A DNA stretch of 64,000 nt from positions 32,001 through 96,000 of the forward strand of contig JAVJQW010000055.1 in assembly GCA_040218735.1 (NCBI GenBank), written 5' to 3'. Under the pieces are notes generated by a model that did not search any database, was not told the DNA's origin, and saw only the letters and a list, made by a program, of their open reading frames with translations. Source of the stretch: Deltaproteobacteria bacterium. Its GTDB lineage: Bacteria; Myxococcota; Kuafuiibacteriia; Kuafuiibacteriales; Kuafuiibacteriaceae. Shown piece after piece: positions 60,347 to 64,000 of the stretch (the first letter of the stretch is position 1; every line of letters begins with the position of its first letter). Both the position numbers and the translations under genes were made by a program.

Positions 60347-60789
60347 TGGGACAGCTCGATGCTCGCCGCGCCGCGGAGCGCGCCGACCGCGACCGGCGCG
60401 CGGTGCTCGCGTTCTTCACGGCCTTCGCGTCCGCGCGCTTCGAGGCCGCGCGAGAGAAGACGGCACCGGGCTTCACGTGGTTCGGCAAGGCGATCAACGC
60501 GGCCGACTGGGCGGGGGACAAGCTGAAGCGCTACGTCGCCGACGCCGCGCTGACCGCGCAGACCGCACGCGAGGTGCCCGCGGACATCGTCGACCGGTGG
60601 GTACGCGCCGACGCGGAGCGACTCTGCGACGGTGCGCTCGACGCCGAGGATTCGTTGGTGCTGGTCGACATCGACCGCGGTGGCGCGAGTTCGACGTGCG
60701 GCGTGGTCGTCACCCGCGACGCCCGGGTGCGGCGGGTCTTCGACCCCGAAGCGCTGCGGGCCGCGCTCGCGAACGCGAGCCCGAATTGA
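60346..60789 (+). CDS. Hypothetical protein (147 aa)
   Basis: ATG overlaps the upstream stop (TGATG); host-like codon usage. Confidence 0.65.
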   Translation: MGQLDARRAAERADRDRRAVLAFFTAFASARFEAAREKTAPGFTWFGKAINAADWAGDKLKRYVADAALTAQTAREVPADIVDRWVRADAERLCDGALDAEDSLVLVDIDRGGASSTCGVVVTRDARVRRVFDPEALRAALANASPN

Positions 60790-60829
60790 TTTCGGCGCGC
60801 GGCGCGGGCACGCTGACGCCGCGCTCGCC

Positions 60830-61237
60830 ATGGACTACCTCATCGTCGACATGACGCGTGTGCTGCGCGAGACGGACCACGGGAAGGCGGCGCACAGCTC
60901 GCTGGAGAAGCTCGTCGAGCGGACCCAGGCGCAGGAGGCGACGTTGAGGGAGAAGGTCGAGCAGGCGACCGGCGCCGCCGCCGCGCGGGAGGCGAAGACC
61001 AAGTACCTGGAGTTCACCCAGGCGCGCGGCCAGGAGCTCGAGCGGCGTCGTGCAGCGCTGGAGAGCGCGCTGGTGCGGGTCGCGAACGCCGCGGTGCGGA
61101 GCATCGCAGAGGAGCGCGGCGTCGAGCTGGTGCTCGAGCGCGCTTCGGTCCTGCATTTTCCAGAGGATGCGGATGTCACCGAGCTGGTGATCGCGAAGGT
61201 GAATTCGGTGAAGTTGGGCGCCCGCGAAGCGGGTTAG
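60830..61237 (+). CDS. OmpH/Skp-like protein lacking an evident signal peptide
   Basis: IVDMTRVL...GK.A, coiled-coil middle, IAEERGVELVL...DVTELVI. Confidence 0.72.
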   Translation: MDYLIVDMTRVLRETDHGKAAHSSLEKLVERTQAQEATLREKVEQATGAAAAREAKTKYLEFTQARGQELERRRAALESALVRVANAAVRSIAEERGVELVLERASVLHFPEDADVTELVIAKVNSVKLGAREAG

Positions 61238-61509
61238 CCGCCGATGGTCTCGCGACGCCGCACGGCCTCGTGGAAGAGGGCCAGCTGCTCGGCGGCGCGG
61301 TCGAGGGCTTCGAAGGCCTCCGACAGCTCTTGGTACTCCGAGGTCCACTCGGTCTCGAAGTAGCGGTTCTTGCTCGCGGCCTCCACGGCTCCGCGCGCTC
61401 GCTTGGCGAGCTGCTCGAGCCAGCCGCGGACGACGTCACCCTCGAAGAAGATCCCGTCGGCCCGGTCCAGGAGGTCTTTCGCGTTCACTCGTTCGGTTCG
61501 TCCGGCCAT
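61234..61509 (-). CDS. Hypothetical helical protein (91 aa)
   Basis: AAGGAG SD upstream on the minus strand; host-like codon usage. Confidence 0.68.
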   Translation of the reverse strand: MAGRTERVNAKDLLDRADGIFFEGDVVRGWLEQLAKRARGAVEAASKNRYFETEWTSEYQELSEAFEALDRAAEQLALFHEAVRRRETIGG

Positions 61510-61795
61510 GGTTGTCTCATTGCTCCTTTGGGGTCTTCGAATCGCCGCGATGGGCGCCGACCCACGTGATTGGTGGGATCAAGATGCGGGCTACGCGTGA
61601 GGACGTCAAGGCCCGAAGGCCCATATGTGGGGGGGCACGGGCGCTCGACCCCCCATATGGTGGAGTAGGCCTTCGACCTTCATCGGGGAAACATCGCAGA
61701 TCGATCCACCTCAGATCCGTTCCGTAAGTCTTCGAGATCCGTTCGTGATCGTTTGTCTCACCCCACGGAGCCGACTAACGTCCGCGGCTCGCGTC

Positions 61796-62575
61796 GTGAG
61801 CACGCATTATTTCGTCGGTTGGAGCGTCGGGTCGTGGAACTGCGACGACGCGAAGCGCAAGGACGCGCTCGTCGTCCTCCACCAGCACGACGGAGCGCTG
61901 GAGGTCACGGGGATGCCGCTGCGCACCAACGTGCGCAGCGTGCTCGTGTCCACGCACCGCGAAGAGCTCATCCGACGTCTGCTCGGCGTGTGCAGCGTGC
62001 GCGTGCAAGCTGGCTTGCGCGTGACCCTCGCGGTCGATACGCCGCTCGGTTGGCCGGTCGCGTTCGTCGACCTGTTCACGACACGCCGAGCGCGCGACGT
62101 CCCCGAGGCCGCCGACGACAACCCCGTCCTCTTTCGCACCACGGAGCGCGCGCTCCTCGACCGAGGTTTCAGGCCGCTCTCCGCCGTGCGCGACATGATC
62201 GGCAGCCCGTCCAGCAAGGCGCTGCACTTCCTCAAACGCGTCGGATTCGCGCCGGTCGAACCCGGCGTCTTCCGCGTCGTCTCGCCGCGCACGTCGTCGG
62301 TCTACGAGGCGATCGAGACCATCCCGTCGATCGCCAAACGCAGCGCCACGCTCGCGGAGGCGTTCGCGCCGTTGATCGCGGACCCGCGCATCGAAGCGGT
62401 CGTCGAGGACGACAAACACGCCGCGCAGGACTTCACGAGCGCGGTGTGGTGCGCCCTCGTCGCGCGCCGCTACGTGACCATGCGCGACACACTCTACGTC
62501 CCCGAGGTCGACGTCCCGCCGAACGAAGGCTGGATTTGGATCCCGCGCGACGCCGAGCCGCCGAAGAAGCGCTAA
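61796..62575 (+). CDS. DUF429 family protein (RNase H-like fold)
   Basis: YFVGWSVGSWNCD, LAVDTPLGWP, LFRTTER, PLSAVRDMIGS, EGWIWIP. Confidence 0.75.
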   Translation: MSTHYFVGWSVGSWNCDDAKRKDALVVLHQHDGALEVTGMPLRTNVRSVLVSTHREELIRRLLGVCSVRVQAGLRVTLAVDTPLGWPVAFVDLFTTRRARDVPEAADDNPVLFRTTERALLDRGFRPLSAVRDMIGSPSSKALHFLKRVGFAPVEPGVFRVVSPRTSSVYEAIETIPSIAKRSATLAEAFAPLIADPRIEAVVEDDKHAAQDFTSAVWCALVARRYVTMRDTLYVPEVDVPPNEGWIWIPRDAEPPKKR

Positions 62576-63039
62576 CCCAGGCGCAGATCGGCGGACATGC
62601 GCAGGGCGTCTTCACGCCCTTGGTAGTAGCCCCGCAGTCGCGCGGTCACCGCGTAGCCGCGGGCGGCGTAGAACGCCCGGGCGCCGGTGTTCGACGCCCG
62701 CACCTCGAGCTGAATCGTGCAGATCCCCGCGGTGCGCGCCATCGCCTCCAGGTACCCCATCAACACCGTCGCCAGGCCCCTTCGCCGCGCGCCGGGGCTC
62801 ACCGCGAGGAGGATGAGGTGCGCCTCGTCGGCGTCGTAACGCATCACGCCGAAGGCCACCGGGTGACTCGTTTTGGCGCGGATGACGACGACCTCCGTCT
62901 CCGGGTCGCGCATGCACCGCCTCAGGGCTTCGGGGGTCCAACGCCAGCCCAAGCCGTGTTCGACGAGACGGCGCGACATGTCGGCCAGCACGGGCGCCTC
63001 GCGGATCCGCGCGAGCTCGACCTGGGCCTGCGTCGCCAC
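62572..63039 (-). CDS. rimI: Ribosomal-protein-alanine N-acetyltransferase (GNAT)
   Basis: EAHLILLAV.PGARRRGLA, LEVRASNTGARAFY, GYY...EDALRM. Confidence 0.82.
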   Translation of the reverse strand: MATQAQVELARIREAPVLADMSRRLVEHGLGWRWTPEALRRCMRDPETEVVVIRAKTSHPVAFGVMRYDADEAHLILLAVSPGARRRGLATVLMGYLEAMARTAGICTIQLEVRASNTGARAFYAARGYAVTARLRGYYQGREDALRMSADLRLG

Positions 63040-63112
63040 CCGAACAGGATACACGACCCGCACCGAGGCGGCTCGATTTGGCGCGCGATCCGCCGATGTG
63101 CCTCTTCGGGTC

Positions 63113-64000
63113 ATGGCGAGCTCCGGCGAAGAGATTAGCGATGTCGTTCTGCGTCGCCTGAAGGAGCACGGAGACTTCCCCGCGATGGCCGAGACCATCG
63201 TGAAGGTCAACTCCGTCACCAACGACGAAGACTCTTCCGCGTCCCAGCTCGCGACCGTCATCCTCGAGGACTACTCGCTCACCAACAAGGTGCTGCGCGT
63301 CGTCAACAGCGCCATCTTCGCGCAGACGACGGAGGTCACCACGATCTCCCGCGCGATCGTCGTCCTGGGGTGGAAGTCGATTCAGCGTCTGGTGCTGACC
63401 TTGAAGCTCTTCGACAGTCTGCCGGACGGCGCCGACGCCGAGACCGTGAAGAAGCGACTCGGCACCTCCTTCCTCAGCGGCGTCCTCGCGCGCAACGTCG
63501 CGAACGGAAGCGCCTCCGCGCTCCCCGAGGAGGCGTTCATCTGCGCGCTGTTCCACTCGTTCGGCGAGACCCTCGTGACGTTCTTCCTCCCCGAGAAGGA
63601 CGCCGAGATTCGGCGCCGCGTCGTCGAGCTGAAGAAGGCGCTCGCGCCGTCGGTGCGGCGCGTGCTCGGGATGAGCTACTCGGACGTCGGACGCATCGTC
63701 GCCCGCGAGCTCAACTTCCCCGAGCTGGTGCTCGAGGGCATGAAACCTTCGCCGCGACTGAGGAACCACGGGCAGCCGACGCGCGCGGAGGCCACGACCG
63801 GAATCGCCGCGCTCAGCGGCGCGATGGCGCAGGTGCTCATCGAGGAGGACCCCGACGCGAAGAAGAAGCTCAAGCAGATGATGAAGAGCTTCGAGTCCGC
63901 GTACGGCAAGGTCAGCATCCCGATCGACGACCTCGTCGAGAAGAGTGTCTCGGAGTTCGAGGAGCACGCGGCCGCGATGAACCTGCCCGTGTCGCCGAAG
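63113..64000 (+). CDS. HDOD domain signalling protein; partial, runs off the window end
   Basis: Not in the ORF track. Read manually: MASSGEEISDVVLRRLKEHGDFPAM...ILEDYSLTNKVLRVVNSA...TTISRAIVVLG...EEAFICALFHSFG. Confidence 0.9.
   Translation, partial: MASSGEEISDVVLRRLKEHGDFPAMAETIVKVNSVTNDEDSSASQLATVILEDYSLTNKVLRVVNSAIFAQTTEVTTISRAIVVLGWKSIQRLVLTLKLFDSLPDGADAETVKKRLGTSFLSGVLARNVANGSASALPEEAFICALFHSFGETLVTFFLPEKDAEIRRRVVELKKALAPSVRRVLGMSYSDVGRIVARELNFPELVLEGMKPSPRLRNHGQPTRAEATTGIAALSGAMAQVLIEEDPDAKKKLKQMMKSFESAYGKVSIPIDDLVEKSVSEFEEHAAAMNLPVSPK

Noticed and set aside
63092-63099. GCCGATGT upstream of the HDOD gene as another sigma-28 box
   Set aside because: Lacks the terminal AA and the upstream CGCA at the shared spacing

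Overview
A 64-kb, roughly 70% GC, gene-dense chromosomal window from a myxobacterium-like organism (Myxococcota). The taxon is inferred from MYXO-CTERM-like C-termini, an FHA-domain sigma54 activator next to a Ser/Thr kinase, many lipoproteins and a DUF222/HNH gene. It carries about 53 CDS: an orphan MbnP/MbnH pair with an ABC exporter, secreted proteases, a small-peptide/P450/methyltransferase operon, DUF1800/DUF1501, signalling genes, divergent glgB/glgA, a purple acid phosphatase, two acyl-CoA dehydrogenases, a trkA-trkH-large protein-MscS operon, Wzy/Wzx-like genes, a DUF3857 transglutaminase-TPR lipoprotein, rimI and a partial HDOD gene. I saw no rRNA, tRNA, CRISPR array or transposase. 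The most striking unexplained signal is a repeated sigma-28 (FliA/WhiG)-like promoter, CGCA-N17/18-nCCGATAA, found four times, each in intergenic DNA just upstream of a start codon. The four targets are a 65-aa peptide operon, both divergent glycogen genes and an EF-hand protein; three of them carry unusual N-terminal extensions. This suggests an undescribed stage-specific and possibly secretion-linked regulon. Many starts were re-chosen by eye from the ORF track, and all functional calls are motif-based without database searches.
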